Notes under the pieces: model-generated
Database searches by the model: none
What the model was told of the DNA's origin: nothing
What the model saw: the letters and a program-made list of their open reading frames with translations, nothing else
Assembly (NCBI RefSeq): GCF_009914755.1
Contig: NC_060927.1
Length of the DNA: 64,000 nucleotides
Origin: the human T2T-CHM13v2.0 reference genome, Homo sapiens
Reading direction: 5' to 3' (one strand)
Part shown: in pieces, positions 1 through 16,167 of the stretch
Layout of the letters: each line of letters begins with the position of its first letter
How positions within the stretch are numbered: the first letter of the stretch is position 1
Position numbers and translations under genes: made by a program

Positions 1-480
1 AGAACCCTAAAGTCTTGAGCATATCAGTAAGCACAGACATCCATTTTACTGCAGGGACAATAAGAATATGTGGATGACCCAGTCCCTCTTCCAAGATGCC
101 CTCTTGAATTGCTATGCCAGCAAAATGGAGAAATGCTGTGTGGAAATAATGTATCTTTCAAGATGTTGCTTATTGTTGATAATGCTCCCACACATCCTTT
201 TTTTTATTTGTGATCTTCATCCCCATATTAAAGTGGTGTCTCTTCGTCCAAACACCAAATCTTTAACCCAACTAATGAATCAAGGAGTTAATAGCTTTTA
301 AGGCCTATGACCTGAGAAGGATCTTTGTTCAGGCTATTGCAGCAACCAAGGAAAACACTGGGAAGACACTGATGCAATTCTGCAAGAATTAAAACATCTC
401 TGACTGCATCGAGAGCCTTGCTTGGGCTTGGAATGATGTCACCAAGAAGTATATGAATGGTACCAGGAAGAATACATTCA
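1..480 (+). mobile_element. Degraded pogo/Tigger-family DNA transposon, transposase DDE-domain remnant
   Basis: ORF 68..301 contains WMTQSLFQD...LRPNTKSLTQLMNQGV, resembling the Tigger/TIGD motifs WMT..LF.DW and LPPNTTSLIQPMDQGVI; a DNAP.HP-like stretch lies in another frame. Frameshifted; subfamily not resolved. Confidence 0.7.
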
Positions 481-3194
481 AGAAATAGAGGGGGAAATCC
501 TGTGTGATATTAAGATGGGGGTATATTAAGATGGTGAGACCATGATCTGTTGAGGACCTACTTTATTTTATTTATCTTGGTCCCTACCATATTGCTAAAC
601 ACACATTAAGCAGTAAGTACATATAGATGAAGGAAAATGTCAATAAAAGACAAAAAGGAAGGAAAGGAGAGGAAAAGAGTGAAAAGAAAGGAAAGAAATG
701 AGAAAGGAAAGGAAAGAAGGAACCTAATTTTTCAAGGACTTCAAGCTCAATTCTAAATTTTAACACTTTCTAATGTCAGTCACATTTATATAAAATTAGA
801 AGCTCTTCTCATAATTGTGCTTCTCTATACTTTTGCAATTTCTCCTACCTTTGTGCAGCAATCATATTTTAGCTGTGTTTCTCCTCTGAACTTTTAACTC
901 TCTATATTATAATTATTTAGGTACATGCCTTTCTACATAGACCAGAATCAACTTGAAAGTAAGACCACAGCAAATTCATCTTTATATTCCCCCACATTAT
1001 CTAGTCTGTATCTTGTATTTTATGGCATTCAATCCTAGTTGTGAAATGAATACAGAAATAGAGCACAGTCTTCTGTTTTCTGGGCCTGAGAAGTAAAAGT
1101 AGGCACACCTTAGTCCACTTGTGATTGAGATAAAGCAACAGAATGATGTAAATTCATTGACATTTTCATTGGGTTATATCAATCACTGTTGGTATATTTA
1201 TTCATTTTTCTCTCATCACAATTGTCAAACAAAGACATCAGTGATTTTTTTTCTCCTTTCATTTACATGCAATTGCTGTTTTGGGATTCTTAGCCCTGAA
1301 AATAATGTGTTGACCTTTCTCCTGCACATTAACAAGCATGATTCTTTTGAAATAGGTTTAGTTTTTATTCTAGCATAGCCATATATTATATATAACATGC
1401 TGTTGTGTTTAGTATGGCTCTCCATAAATACAACGAGCTATAGCACCTCTGTGACTTTGTCACTATTTTATATACCTAATGGCTGAACTATTCCATTACA
1501 CTGAAATGATAGTACACAAACATGTCTTCCATTAGCTACAGTTTCTGTGATTTAATGATTTATTTAATATAGAGTATATCTCATTGCAAGAAATTCCAGG
1601 ACATTCTCTGGGGAATACAAGTCTGGAAAGGAAATACAAAGCTACTGGAGGGACTTGAGCAAAGAAAAAGGCTGCTTAAAGAGAATAAGAATCAAGAGAG
1701 AATATACTGAGATTTCTTAGCTTGTTCCCCAAATGGAGAAACTAGTTATTTCCCTAAAAGAGGATATATAATTAATATAATTACTTCTTATATGTCAGCT
1801 AAATAAAGTTGCTAAAACAAAAACAAAAGCTTTCCTCATGTTAACTGTAATGTTTCAAATTATTCTTCTTAAATGAAACAATGTTCCTAGGTCATAGAGT
1901 TGATTGCTAACAGACTCAGAAAATATTTCACACAAGCTACCTCCACGCAGAAAATGTGGAAGACTGTGTTTATCAAATGATGAAAGTTTTAATTACATAA
2001 CATGTAAATGTACTATTTTTATAAGATAAAACAAAATAATGCTACTGGTTCTTTGGTGTAGTCTCCATATCTTTGCTACAGAAAAAATCTTAATTGCTAA
2101 GGAGGCCCAGCCTTCAGTCTAATTACAGGCATCTACTTCTTTTCCTAATTAAGAAATTGAGAACTAGCCAAGAAAGCAGAAAGGAAACACAGGTTGGCAG
2201 GGAAGTTGGCCTGAAGGGAGAAAACCTCTTGCTAAATCAAGTTTGAATCCCATCAATGACTTAGAAAGAATCTAGTTCCAAATATAATGGAATGAGGAGT
2301 GTATTTTGTATGTGTTAAAGATATCTCTCTTAAAATAGGCAACATCTCTCTTTTAAAAAAGGACATATTATCCAGGGACATTATGAGAAAAGTCATGCTG
2401 CAGTTTAGAACCTTGATAAGCCAATCATGGAAAAACAAAACAAACCTACTTCAAATGGTAACCTCAGTGGTTAGCATTAAAGAAAGGAATTGCAGTAAAT
2501 ACTAGTTTTGTAATTTCCAAATTTTGTCCATAAAGCACCTCTTCAATGACACAGAAATAATAAAATACAAATATCTAGTTTTAAATTGTGTATACTCTGA
2601 TTTTGTAAAGTAATAACTTATTAGTTTTTGAAAATGTTTCATAACAATATTTTTCTTCTCTGAATTGAGCCTTGTCTTACAAAACATTGCTCATAATGGT
2701 CAGATTAGATACAATTACATGAACTGATTAGAGAACATATTAATGTCTACTTTGTGATTCACTAGTGTCTTGGATTAAAGAAATATTTCCTAGACAAATG
2801 CAACTACCTCATAATTGCTCATCCTGCCTTCAGTCTTGCCCCTACCACAACCCATTCTTCACTTTTGCAGCCGGATTAATCTTTATACAAAAAGTTTTGC
2901 AAAATTCTTAGGAAAAACAACAACAAAAATCCAGTCTTCACTTTGGCATATGAGATGATCTGTATCCTGCTTACCTTTCAGATGTGATCTCCCCTTCACC
3001 CCTGCTAATCCACAATGCCCCAGACCAGCTTTGTGCCTTCTACAAGCCAATCTCTCTGTTGCTTTGGGGCTTTCCTGTGTTCTTGTTGATTGCCCTGACC
3101 TTCCCTCATGTCCTCACAAGGCTGTCTTTCAAAAACCTACCTAAATCTAAAGTAGCCCTCCCCAACCCCAGATACTACTTATTTTATATGTTTT

Positions 3195-3514
3195 GGATAA
3201 TTTATGAAGAAAAGAGATTTAATTGACTCACAGTTCTGCATCACTGGGGAGGGCTCAGGAAACTTACAACCATGGCAGAAGGCTAAGAGTAAGCAAGGCA
3301 CATCTTACATGGCTGCAGGAGAGAGAGAGAGAGAGTGAGGAAGTGCCACACTTTAAAACCATCAGCTCTCATGAGAACGCTTCACTATCAAGAGAACAGC
3401 ATGGGGGAAACCGCCCCCGTGATCCAATCACCTCCCATCAGGTTCCTCCCTCAACATGTGGGGATTACAATTTAAGATGAGATTTGGGTGGGGACATAGA
3501 GTCAAACCATATCA
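3195..3514 (+). mobile_element. MaLR LTR (MSTA/THE1-like), 5' end eroded
   Basis: Hallmarks tttaattgactcacagttc, aggaaacttacaa.catggcagaagg and the 3' end gagatttgggtggggaca...aaccatatca. Confidence 0.8.
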
Positions 3515-4709
3515 CATTGTATCCTGATGGATGGGATACTCTGGTCAGGATGTCACATTGCTCTCCCTAAGGAAGGAGAGACTGACAAGACTAGCTTGGA
3601 ATCATCATGTGGCATTTCCCAAAAGGAAGGTAATTGATGTCTACTGTATGGCTTTCATAAAAATCTCTAGAAACATAATTTCTTTGGTTTTGATACTTAT
3701 AACTATTTCTGTGTTTGTATGCATCATCTATATATAACAATAATATAAACTATCAGCCTTGTTTATGATTCATGAAATAACTAAGAGGATGGGAAAAAGT
3801 CAAATATTTTATGAAAGAAAGTACATTATTAACAGCAACAACTTAGTGTAGCCATGGTTGTGTTGTTCATTAACTGCAATTTAGTTCTTTTTCAATAGTT
3901 GCTTATAAATGGGGCTATGAAAATGAATGGATTTTTTTTTCTTTTTCTTAACTTCTATTTGAACAAAACAAAAAGTATAAGAAGTGAAAATACATCATAA
4001 ACCTGCTGTTAAAATTATTATTAAAGGTAAAATCTGATTATCCTTCTGCCATCCAGTTGTATTCTCTAGAGCTAACCCTTGTTAATAATTCAGAGATGGA
4101 CTTCCTAAATTTTCCATAAAGGTTTGTAGACACATTTATATCTACACTTATATATTGTTTTATGAACAAAAATGGAATCATGCTATGCAAGTTAGTTGCA
4201 ATTTTTTTTAATTTAACAGCTATTTCTTTTAGGTTTGACTATGAGTAACTGAACAACTAGAATCCTGGCTTAAAATAAGAAAGAAACTTGTTTCTTGCTC
4301 ACATAAAAGTCTAAATGGCAATACAAAGCTTTTTGGTGGGTCCATAATCAGGGGGTGGCCAGGTTCCTTCTATGTCATTTTTCCACTCTTTTCAACATAG
4401 AACTTCAAACTCATAGTCCAACATGTTGTCATAGTTCCATCTATCCCGTCCGCCCAACCTCCAGCCTCAGGAGGTAGAACACTGCTTGCAGGTTACATTA
4501 AGAACAGTTCCTTGTGTCTGTACTTGAGAACAGACACAAGGGAGGCTGGGAAATGTAGTCTGTATCATGGTGGTCATGTTTTCTGTTTCTTGCCTTTTTG
4601 TATGTTCTGATGTTTTGACATCTAAGACTTGCTAAACTTGGAGTGACTGCCCCTACCAGGGCTGCCCAATTCCAGAGATAACAAAGGGCTCACCTGTGAG
4701 TGTGCCTTT

Positions 4710-5804
<1,095 letters not shown>

Positions 5805-6096
5805 CTAATATTACCCTGTCCTAATCACCCCAGGTATAGGAAAACTAGGGCCAGCCCCTACATTCTGAAGCCCACTGAAATTATTCAAATTATCCAACCT
5901 TAAACCTACTTAGCCTGCTTACACCCTGCTTCACCCATTCCTTCCTGAAAAAACCACAAGAGAGGATTTTGTCCAAGTTTTCCCCACACTCTCTGCCTTC
6001 TGATCAATCCTGGTGCTTCCTCGTGTGACCCTTTTGTTTCTAAAGATCTGTGAATATGAAAACTTCCTTCATGACTGTCATTTTCAAGTATGTATG

Positions 6097-6470
6097 TGCA
6101 TTAGTCTATTACCATGCTGCTAATAAATACATACCTGAGACTGGGTAATTTACATAGGAAAGAGGTTTAATTCACAGCTCAGCATGGCTGGGGGGTCCTC
6201 AGGAAACTTACAGTCATGACAGGAAGGGGAAGCAAGCATGTCCTTCTTCACATGGCACAGCAAGGAGAAGTGCAGAGTGAAGCAGTATGGAAAAGCCCAT
6301 TATAAAACCATCAGATCTTTTAAGAACTCACTCACTATCTTGAGAACAGCATGAGGGTAACTGCCTCCATGATTCAATTACCTCCACCAGGTCCCTCCCA
6401 GGACACATGGGGATTATGGGAACTACAATTCAAGATGAGATTTGGGTGGGGACAGAGCCAAACAATATCA
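6097..6470 (+). mobile_element. THE1 solo LTR (MaLR)
   Basis: tgcattagtc...gctgctaataaa.acatacctgagactgggtaattta through gagatttgggtggggaca...atatca; TG...CA ends; 5-bp TSD gtatg/gtgtg. Confidence 0.9.
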
Positions 6471-9400
6471 GTGTGTCTTACTATACAGGTTCAAAGCAAA
6501 TCCTGAGTGCATTTTAAAACATTACTAGGTAGTGATCATTGCATAACTTTGTAAATCTACTAAAAATCACAGAACTGAAAATCCTTTAAAACAGTGGAAG
6601 TTTATGGTGTGTGAATTTATATCTCAATTAAAATTTTTAAATAAAACGATTATTTCTCTTAAAGTATAAAAATTAAATAATGGATATTATGGGGTGATAA
6701 CCTCTGCTAAAACTGTGTTATTTTCCAGATTAGTATAGTACATACAAATATTTCTCTTTTATTTTTGTGTCTGCCCTCTATTATATGAGTGTATTCTCTT
6801 TTACTTAACCTTTCAATCTATTGAAACTATGCTATAATTTATATCCAGGTCATACTTTTATTATCATAGGATAGATTCATAGAAGTGTAATTCATGAGTC
6901 AAAGAATTTGACATCAGTTTGTGATTTCACATCACAAAGGTCATGTGATTTTTTTTAAATACTGAAAATTACTTTCCAAAGTGTTGTAGCAATTTAGAAT
7001 TCTTCTGAACGAATAAGAGTGCCCATTGATTTTACTTAGCTGTATCTGCTGGGTATCATTTTAATATTTTCCAATACAATTATTTGTAAAAGCACCTGAT
7101 TATTGTTTTAATTTTTATAACTTGACTATGTGAGATGCCTGGCATTATTTTATATGTTCATTAGCCATTTTCATCTCTTTTTCTGACAATTGCCTGCTTG
7201 TGTCCCTAGCTCTTTATTGGCCTGGGATATAGAACCTATTATTAACCAGGGACATTAATATTACCCTACCATCTCTATCTGGAAATGTATAAGATGGTCT
7301 CTTTTATCTTATATGTTCCCGATATATGTCTAAGAATATGTCTTTTTAATATTAATTCTGACCAGCTTGCCATGTATCCCTGAGAATAGAAAACTCACTT
7401 TTTCTCCACTTCAGGGTAGTTTTCTTCAGTTATTTCTTTGAACATTACTCCTCCTCATTTTTATTTCTCTCCTGCCGAAACTCAGAGTGTGCATGCTAGA
7501 TATGCTGAATCTATCCCCTTTATATTTCATACCTTCACACAGGAGTTTCCATTCTCCTGTGATTTTAAGATAGCTTGTGCATATGTTTTAAAATGAGCAT
7601 TGAGTTTTAAAAAATTTTCTTTAGGATGTTTTCCTTTTTCTTTCTTAATATCTCATTATAATCCCTTAAGAATTCTCATCACACATTTTTCATGACTCAT
7701 CTATTCTTTAGCTATATTTGCTTTCAAGGAGCCACCTGCTCTGGTGGTTCAGCTCAGTCTCCTTTGATCAACTCCACTTAACTTTTCTTTGTAGACACAA
7801 GATGGAGGGTTCCCTAAGCACAGGGGCAGGACAAGTAAAGTAGATCCGGCAATCAATATAAATAAGATTAATAAATCTAACATATTAATAAGATTTTCTT
7901 TTCTAGTGTTGAACCTTTCTACTGAAACATAGGCATGGGTAGAGGAAGACAGGCCATTTGATTCCTAGGTTCTGCACATGTGAGGTGGATGGAAGATCCT
8001 TTTCCAGCTGAAGGCATATTTGTCTGTAGCAGAAATGTCAGGCTTTCCCATATCCACAGGCATCTAGCTGAAACAGAACTTCCCCTCTTGTGATATGGTC
8101 ATATACTCAGCTACTGGGCTTCCAAAGACAGTCTCAGGATTGACAGTTTTCATCTCAGTTTCTACCTAAAGAGTCAACCTTCTACCAGGCCCCTAGCTAC
8201 TTTCCATTCAGTCAATGAGTAAATCTTCTGAGACATTATTTACTGTTTTCCCTTCATGGTTATTTCCTATCTCTCCCAATGCTATGAGTGTTTTGTCTTT
8301 CCCCCTTTCCCCCATTCTCTATACTTTCTGCTACACCTCCACCTTCTACATATATAATTGTCTCTATGCATGCATACACATGTATAAGGAAATATTAATG
8401 TGTTTCAGAAAATAAAATAGAAGTAAAGCAATACTTGAAAAGTGTGTGATAAAATATGTCCAGGCCTTTAAACTCAAGTGCTTTTAGGAAGCAGTACAAG
8501 GTGTCAATATATATGGACAATCTGCATGTAATATTTGATATATGTTAAATAAAAATAAGTGTCATGGTCCACTGTATCCCTGGACTTACAAAGAAAATCC
8601 AGAGTTAGAACATGAATGTCTTTGTTATATTGAACATTTCTACACATACTAATGATAAGCCAAAATATATTATTTATACACTTTAAAACATTTGTTTTAC
8701 AGAATTAAAATAGTGCTTATTGATAACTTATATAAATTGCCAGTAAAGTAACCAATATGTGTGAGACATGCATGCAGTTAAGAACAAAATATGTGTCATC
8801 ATTTAAAAAATATTGGAAATAACAATTTATTTTCAATGAGTGCATAGCATGCATAAAGATGAATAAGAAACTTTGAGGACTTCAGAGTAAGTAGTATAAT
8901 GATGACAAAAGGAACTTTTCCAAAACAGGTAGAATTAAAACAAACTGCTAGTATTACCAATTTTCACAATACACATAACCAGCATTACAAACTATACATA
9001 ACCATTAATAAGGGCAAGACAAAAACTTACCTCACTCCCATAATTCTACTGAAATCATAGTGGCAGTGCACAAAATGCAATGCATATGAATTGGCATTGA
9101 TAATAACAGGAGAGAACTCTAGAGATTTTGGTGAATATGTGCAAATAGAAAGTGAATTGTTTTGAATGGGTTGATGAACCAGAAAGGCAGGACATACAGC
9201 TCAAAAAATCCACAAGAAAAACAGTTGGGAGCCACTCTTCTAGAAACAAAGAAATTCTGAATCAGCAGACAGAATGGAACTAAGAAGGCACAAAGAAATC
9301 AGAGTGACTGAGTGGAGGAATTTCTACCAAACCTGTGTTGCCTACCCTACTCACTTCTTTCTCATATTTCAGAGCCACTGGAAATGATGACATATATCCT

Positions 9401-10159
9401 CAGGGCAAAAGGGGAAGCAGGCTTTCTAAAGAAGTAAATCAAGGTACCTGAAAAGCAATAGAGCTAATGTGTATGCTGTCACACAAGAGTGAAGCTTCCT
9501 TATTTTTTGCATGGATAGACTTGCTTGTGCAAATCCATTAATGCACCCTAAAGTTAAAACTGCCAGCCAACAGCCCTTAGTCAGCTATCTCATTAAGGGA
9601 TGCAGCTCTAGAGATGGTGAAGAGACAATAAAGTTTACCATATTTTGATTAAAAGGCCACAAAAGAGAAGTAACAAGGAGTAAAAACAAAACTAATCACC
9701 ATAAAATTTATTCAGAAAATGTAAGAAAACCCCTTTAAAAAATTCTATTTGATGTTCTCAAAGAGAGGGGGAAAGATACTGCATCCATAAAATAAGAACA
9801 GGTTGCCATTAAAAAGAAAAAAAAGAAAAAAATCCCAGCCAAACTATCTAGAGTGAGAGTCAAAAAATAAAAACCAAAGAAGAACTGTTTAAACATGTGC
9901 AGGAATAAGAAACTCTGTTTTCCTGAAATCATGATTGAAATAAAAAAAAAAGAATCCATGGAATAGAAAGTTGTGGATTTTCAGAAAAGTGATATATAAG
10001 CACAAAGAAAAGAAATTCCAGGAGAATAATCATGCAAAGTGCCCTGAGAACGATTGATTTAAATCAGAAATATAGTCTTAGGCCTTCACAAGAGTGTATT
10101 TAAATATAAGAACAGTATGGGTTTTGTTCAACAGATAGTGTGATTGTGAAACTAGAGCA

Positions 10160-10362
10160 TCTAAAGGTAGCTACTAGGTACATGTGCTTACTGAGATTTA
10201 AATTGAAATTAATGAAACTTAAATACAATTTATAATTTGGTTCCTCAGGCACACTAGCCACATTTCCAGTGCTCAATAGCCACATATGGCTGGTGGCTAC
10301 TGTATTGGACAACACAAACATAGAATATTTTCATCATTGCTGAAAATTGGAGTGAACAGCTT
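10160..10362. mobile_element. MER33/MER3-like hAT-Charlie DNA transposon fragment
   Basis: cacactagccacatttccagtgctcaatagccacatatggctggtggctactgtattggaca is characteristic of MER3/MER33. Confidence 0.75.
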
Positions 10363-10535
10363 TGATCTTGGTGATATGGTGAGCTTATTGCTTTCATTCA
10401 TTCTTCAAAGAATATTCATTGAGTAGATTCATTTTGAAGAAAAGGACAAACTGAGAATATAGCATCTATAATGAGTGAGTAAAGGCCTTGTCCTTCTATG
10501 GACGTAGCATCTAAGAGAAAGACAATAAACAAATA

Positions 10536-12922
10536 CAGGGATACTCATTTTTATTGCATGCTTCTTTACTGCTCTTCACAGGTATTGCGTTTTTTACAAA
10601 CTGAAGGTTTTTGGCAACATTGCATTGAGCAAATCTATCAGTGCCATTTTTTCAACAGTATGCACTTACTTCATATCTCTGTGTCACATTTTGGTAATTC
10701 TGGCAATATTTAATTTTTTATTATTATTACATTTTGATATTGATCTGTGATTGATGATCTCTGATGTTACTATTATAACAGTTTTGGGATGCCATGAACA
10801 ATGCCCATGTAAGATGGTAAACTTAATTGATCAATGTTGTGTGTTTTCTGACTGTTCCACCAATCAGCCATTCCTCCATTTCTCTCTCCTCAGGTCTCAC
10901 TATTCCCTAAGGCACAATAAGATTGAAGTTAGGCCAATTAATAACCTTACAATGGTCTCTAAGTGTTCAAATGAAAGGAAGAGTCGCATATCTCTGGCGT
11001 TTAAATCAAAGCTAGAAATGATTTAGCTCATAAAACTCAGTGAGGAAAGCGTGTAAAAAGCTGAGATTGACTGTAAACTAAGCCTCTTGTGCCAAACAGC
11101 CCAGTTGTAAATGCAAAGGGAGTATTTTGAAGAAAAATAAAAGTGCTACTCCATTGAACTCTACAATGAGAAGAAAGTGAAGCAGCCTTATTACTGATAG
11201 GGATAAAGTTTTAGTGGTCTGGATAGATCAAACCACAACATTCCCTTAAGCCAAAGTCTGATGGAGAGCAAGGCCCTCTCTTCAATTCTATGAGGGCTGA
11301 GAGAGTTGAAGAAACTGCAGTCAAAAATTTTAAAGCTACCAGAGATTGCTTTATGAAGTTTAAAGAATGAAACCATCTCTGTAACATAAAAGTGCAAGGC
11401 AAAGCAGCAAGTGTTGATATAGAACTGTTGCAAGTTATCCAGAAGATCTAGCTAGGATAATTGATGAAGGTAGCTAAACTAAACAACACATTTTCAATGT
11501 AGTTGGAACATACTTCTATTGGAAGAAGATTCTTCTAGAAATTTCATAAGTAGAGAGAAGTTAGTGTCTGGCTTCAAACCTTCCAAGGACAAGCTGACTT
11601 TTCTGTAGGGGCTAATGCAGCTGGTGACTTTAAAAGGAAGCCAATTCTCATTTACCATTCTGAAAATCCTAGGGCCCTTGAGAATTATGCTAAATCTACT
11701 TTGCCTTTGCTCTTTAAATGAAGCAACAAAGCTTGCATGACAGCACATCTGTTTATAGCCTGGTTTACTAAATATTTTGAGGCTACTATTGAGACCTACT
11801 GGTCAGAAAAAAAGATTCTTTTCAAAATAATACTGCTCATTGACAATGCACTTAGTCACCCAAGAGCTCTGATGGAGACATACAAGGAGATTAATGTTAT
11901 TTTCGTGCCTGCTTAGAAAACATCCATTCTGCAGCCCATAGATCAAGAAGGAAGTTTTGACTTTCAATGTTATTATTTCGGAAAACTACATTTCATAAAG
12001 CTATAGCTGCCTTAGGTAGTAATTTCTCTGATGGATCTGGATAAAGTAAATTGAAAATCTTCTGGAAATGACTCACTATTTTTAGATGCCATTAGGAACA
12101 TCTGTATTTCATGGGAGGAGGTCAAAATTTCAATGTTAACAGGAGTTTGGAAGAAGTTAATTCCAGCTCTCATGGATGCTTTTGAGGGGTTCAAGACTTC
12201 AGTGGAAAAAGTAACTGCAGATGTGGTGGAAGTCGCAGGAGAACTAGAATTAGAAGTGGAGCCTGAAGATGGGGCTGAATTATTGTAATCTCATGATAGA
12301 ACTTTAATGGACAAGGAGTTACTTCTATGGATGAGCAAAGAAAGTGGTTTCTTGAGGATGAAATCTACTCCTAGTGAAGATGCTACGCACATTGTTGACA
12401 GTGCAACAAACATCAACTTAGTTGTTAACACAGTGGCAGAGTTTGAGAGGAATGACTCCCGTTTTGAAAGAAGTTCTTGTTGCTGTGGGTAAAATGCTGT
12501 CAAACAGCATTGATGGTTCAAAGAAATCTGTCATGAAAGGAAGAGTCAATCAGTGTGGCTAGCTTTATTGTTGTCTTATTTTCAGAAATTGCCACAGCCA
12601 CCCCAACGTTCGGATACATCAGCAGCCATCAACATCAAGGCAACACCCTCCACCAGTAAAAAGATTACTACTTGCTGAGGGCTCATATGATCATTAGCAG
12701 TTTTTAGCAATAAAGTGTTTTTAATTAAACCAAATACAAAATATGTATTTTGTATTTTTAGGCATAATGCTGTTGCACACTTAATAAACTACAGTATATT
12801 GCAAGCATAACTTTTATATGCACTTGGAAACCAAAAAAAATTCATTCGACTTGCTTTATTGCAATATTTACTTTATTGCAGTGGTCTGAAACCAAACCCA
12901 CAGTATCTCTGAGGTATTCTTG
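10536..12922 (+). mobile_element. Full-length (about 2.4 kb) Tigger1 DNA transposon, transposase disrupted
   Basis: Begins TA|cagggatactcattttattgc and ends gaggtattcttg|TA (decayed CAGGCATACCTC / GAGGTATGCCTG termini with TA duplication). The interior matches Tigger1 transposase (ORF 10751..11026 ends in MVSKCSNERKSRISL..KLEMI; attgacaatgca gives IDNA). No long ORF remains. Confidence 0.93.
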
Positions 12923-12924
12923 TA

Positions 12925-13400
12925 ATGCGTAATATAATATAATGGATTGACAGCTGCCAAAAGGAAAAACAAAGAAGTATAAAGTTATGTTGAAGGTGAG
13001 GGCTGGAGACTATTTGAAGTCGGATGTGAGGAAAGGCTTATTGGAGAATTTGATGTTGGAGGGACGTAGAATGTCCTGTGAAAATCTGTGGGAAGTATAC
13101 TCCATGTAAACAGAAAGTCAAGTAAAAACATCCCTGAGGTGGAAAAATGTTGAATGTCCCACAGAACTTCAAGAAGGCTACTGTGGCTGAAACAGCCAAT
13201 AAGGAGCATTGCAGAAGATAAGGTCAGAGACGTAAACAGGAGGTAGATCTCATAGGGACATATCAGCAAGAGTTAGGATGTAAAATTTTATCCCAGGGGT
13301 GATGGGAAATTTTTGAATGGAGAGTGACATTATCAGATGTATACGTTCAAACCATCACTTTAGCAGTTTTTGTGGCAAATTAATCTTAGGAGTGCAAGAG
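12925..13400. mobile_element. L2 LINE relic (continues at about 10395-10535, interrupted by Tigger1)
   Basis: ttcattcattc...attgag end motif at about 10395 and typical purine-rich L2 body after Tigger1; highly diverged. Confidence 0.5.
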
Positions 13401-15446
13401 CAAAGTAAAATTTATCTTTAAAAGCTTTAGAAAAGGTAAATATATTTACCAGAAAGTTCCTGGTCCCAATATGAAACAAACTGAAACTTACAGTGAATGG
13501 AGTATAAGAATTAAGCATTATTTAACCTTGAGGTCCAAAACATTCTCCTTTAATGGACATGTTTAGAGATAGACTTGTACTTCCTTCTCTACAAATTAAT
13601 TATAATAATGTTTTTCAACAAATAATGTTTATTTAAGCCAACTATTACAAATTCTGTTTATTAGTATCAAGTGTTTAGAATCACACTGTAAGCAAAGAAT
13701 GAAACAAAATCAACTTAATAGTTACAAATATGAGTTTATACACATTTAAAAGTAATTACATAGCTGATAATTCAGAAGATGGAGGCTAATAAAGGGACAT
13801 GAAATGTTTTCATCTCACATAGTGAAATGTTGATGGAGCAATTAATAGAAGTGTGAATATGAAAAGCGTTAAGTTAATTAGGGGGAAAACTAAAAATAAT
13901 TAATAAAACTAATAAGACTCAGGAAGAAGTCAGTAACTTAATAGGGAGTCATTTGATTCTATCTAAATCTGATAAATTAAGAAATACTTGTAAAAACATT
14001 ATTTATTATTATAATAATTCTCACAAGCACAAATCATAAGTGTACAAAAAAAGTTTACCTTTAAGGAGCAAGAAGTTTGCATGGGCTGGTAGACCTTTTC
14101 ATTGTTGTTTAATACCATTCTGAAGTATTGCATTTACAAGTATGTGCTTGCCATATTTTATAATAGTCATAATAATTCTGTTATGTAAAACTTGTAAACA
14201 GAAAATATGTTGTATTGTTGATATCCTATTGTAAACATTACACTTATTTTTTTCTCACAATCAAATTTAAATTGATTGACAAAATACACATTTTAGATGC
14301 TAAATTAAAGGGTCAACTTTATTAAGGGTCGACTTTTAAAGAAACAACAAATAACCAAAATTTAGAAATCACAGAGTATTAAAAACCATGACAGATCATG
14401 ACACAAATTGCCATCCAACATTTTTTTTTCCTAAAAGGTAAACAACATATACAAATGGATTGTATACATGGGAAAAGAAAAGAAGATGTGAATTGCAACA
14501 TTTTGTTGGGTTTGATACATATGGAGATTTATTATTAAACATGCAAAATCTCTGAGGCTAATGTTAAATTGAAAAACAAGTTGTCAGCAGCTATTATACA
14601 CTCTAAGGCCAATTGCTACATAATCAGAGGTCGTAAGAGAATGAAAGCTTAGGCATGTTTCAAGTAAATATCTGGCATATATGGCACCTCGGTAGCAGAA
14701 AAAACTTAAAAATATACCATTCTATTCCCAATGTCAGAAAAGGGAATAGAAAATGAAGGATGGAAGTAACTCTCGCCAGCACAGAGATGATATCCACAAT
14801 ATTCAATCCATATACCAAGGGGAAAATTTTTTACAGGGAAGTAATAAAGATCAGAATCGAGTCTAGGGAGTTTTCTGCCAAAATAAATAAAAACAAGAGA
14901 ATTTAGTTTCACAAGCACAGAAAGAACAGAATAAATATCAAAAGAATCTGAGCCATCAGAACAGCACCTTCAAGGCTCCTACATTAACCAGATGTCATGA
15001 TTTATAAATCACATGCTATAAATATTCAAGGAAAATTAGCCCCAAGAAAAAAAAAAGCAATTATGCATTTGTAGTAATAACAGCCCTATTATTACAGATG
15101 ATAATTATGATCTATGATTACAGTTTTTGTAAAGAGGAATCTATGTTAGAATAACTATGTGTATGACAAATTCTGAAGAAAAAGTTTTAAAATTCTGCTT
15201 TCTAAATCTGTGACACATCATAGTCAAGAAGCACTAATGGTAACTGAATATCAAAATGTACCTTGAGTGGATTAAATATTAGTATAATAAAATATTGGAA
15301 TTCACAAATTAAAAATACAAATATATATTTTCTCAAATGTATTAACATTTTAAAATTTCAAGTTCTTGCCACTGAAAGACCTCACAAAGACAGGAAGAGT
15401 CTTGATAGAATCTACCAAGTAAATACTGGAAGATAATTTTAGCTCT

Positions 15447-16167
<721 letters not shown>

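Noticed and set aside
620-725. Purine-rich tract as triplex-forming DNA
   Set aside because: Low-complexity GA-rich sequence with interruptions and no clear mirror symmetry.
6530-10050. Probable very old L1M/HAL1-like relics (similar faint MLT1, L2, MIR and MER-like patches at about 4.3, 16.4-17.2, 25.5, 28.0, 34.1, 39.3 and 54.7-56.4 kb)
   Set aside because: Recognisable only as faint similarity; I cannot fix family or boundaries without an alignment, so they are not listed as features.
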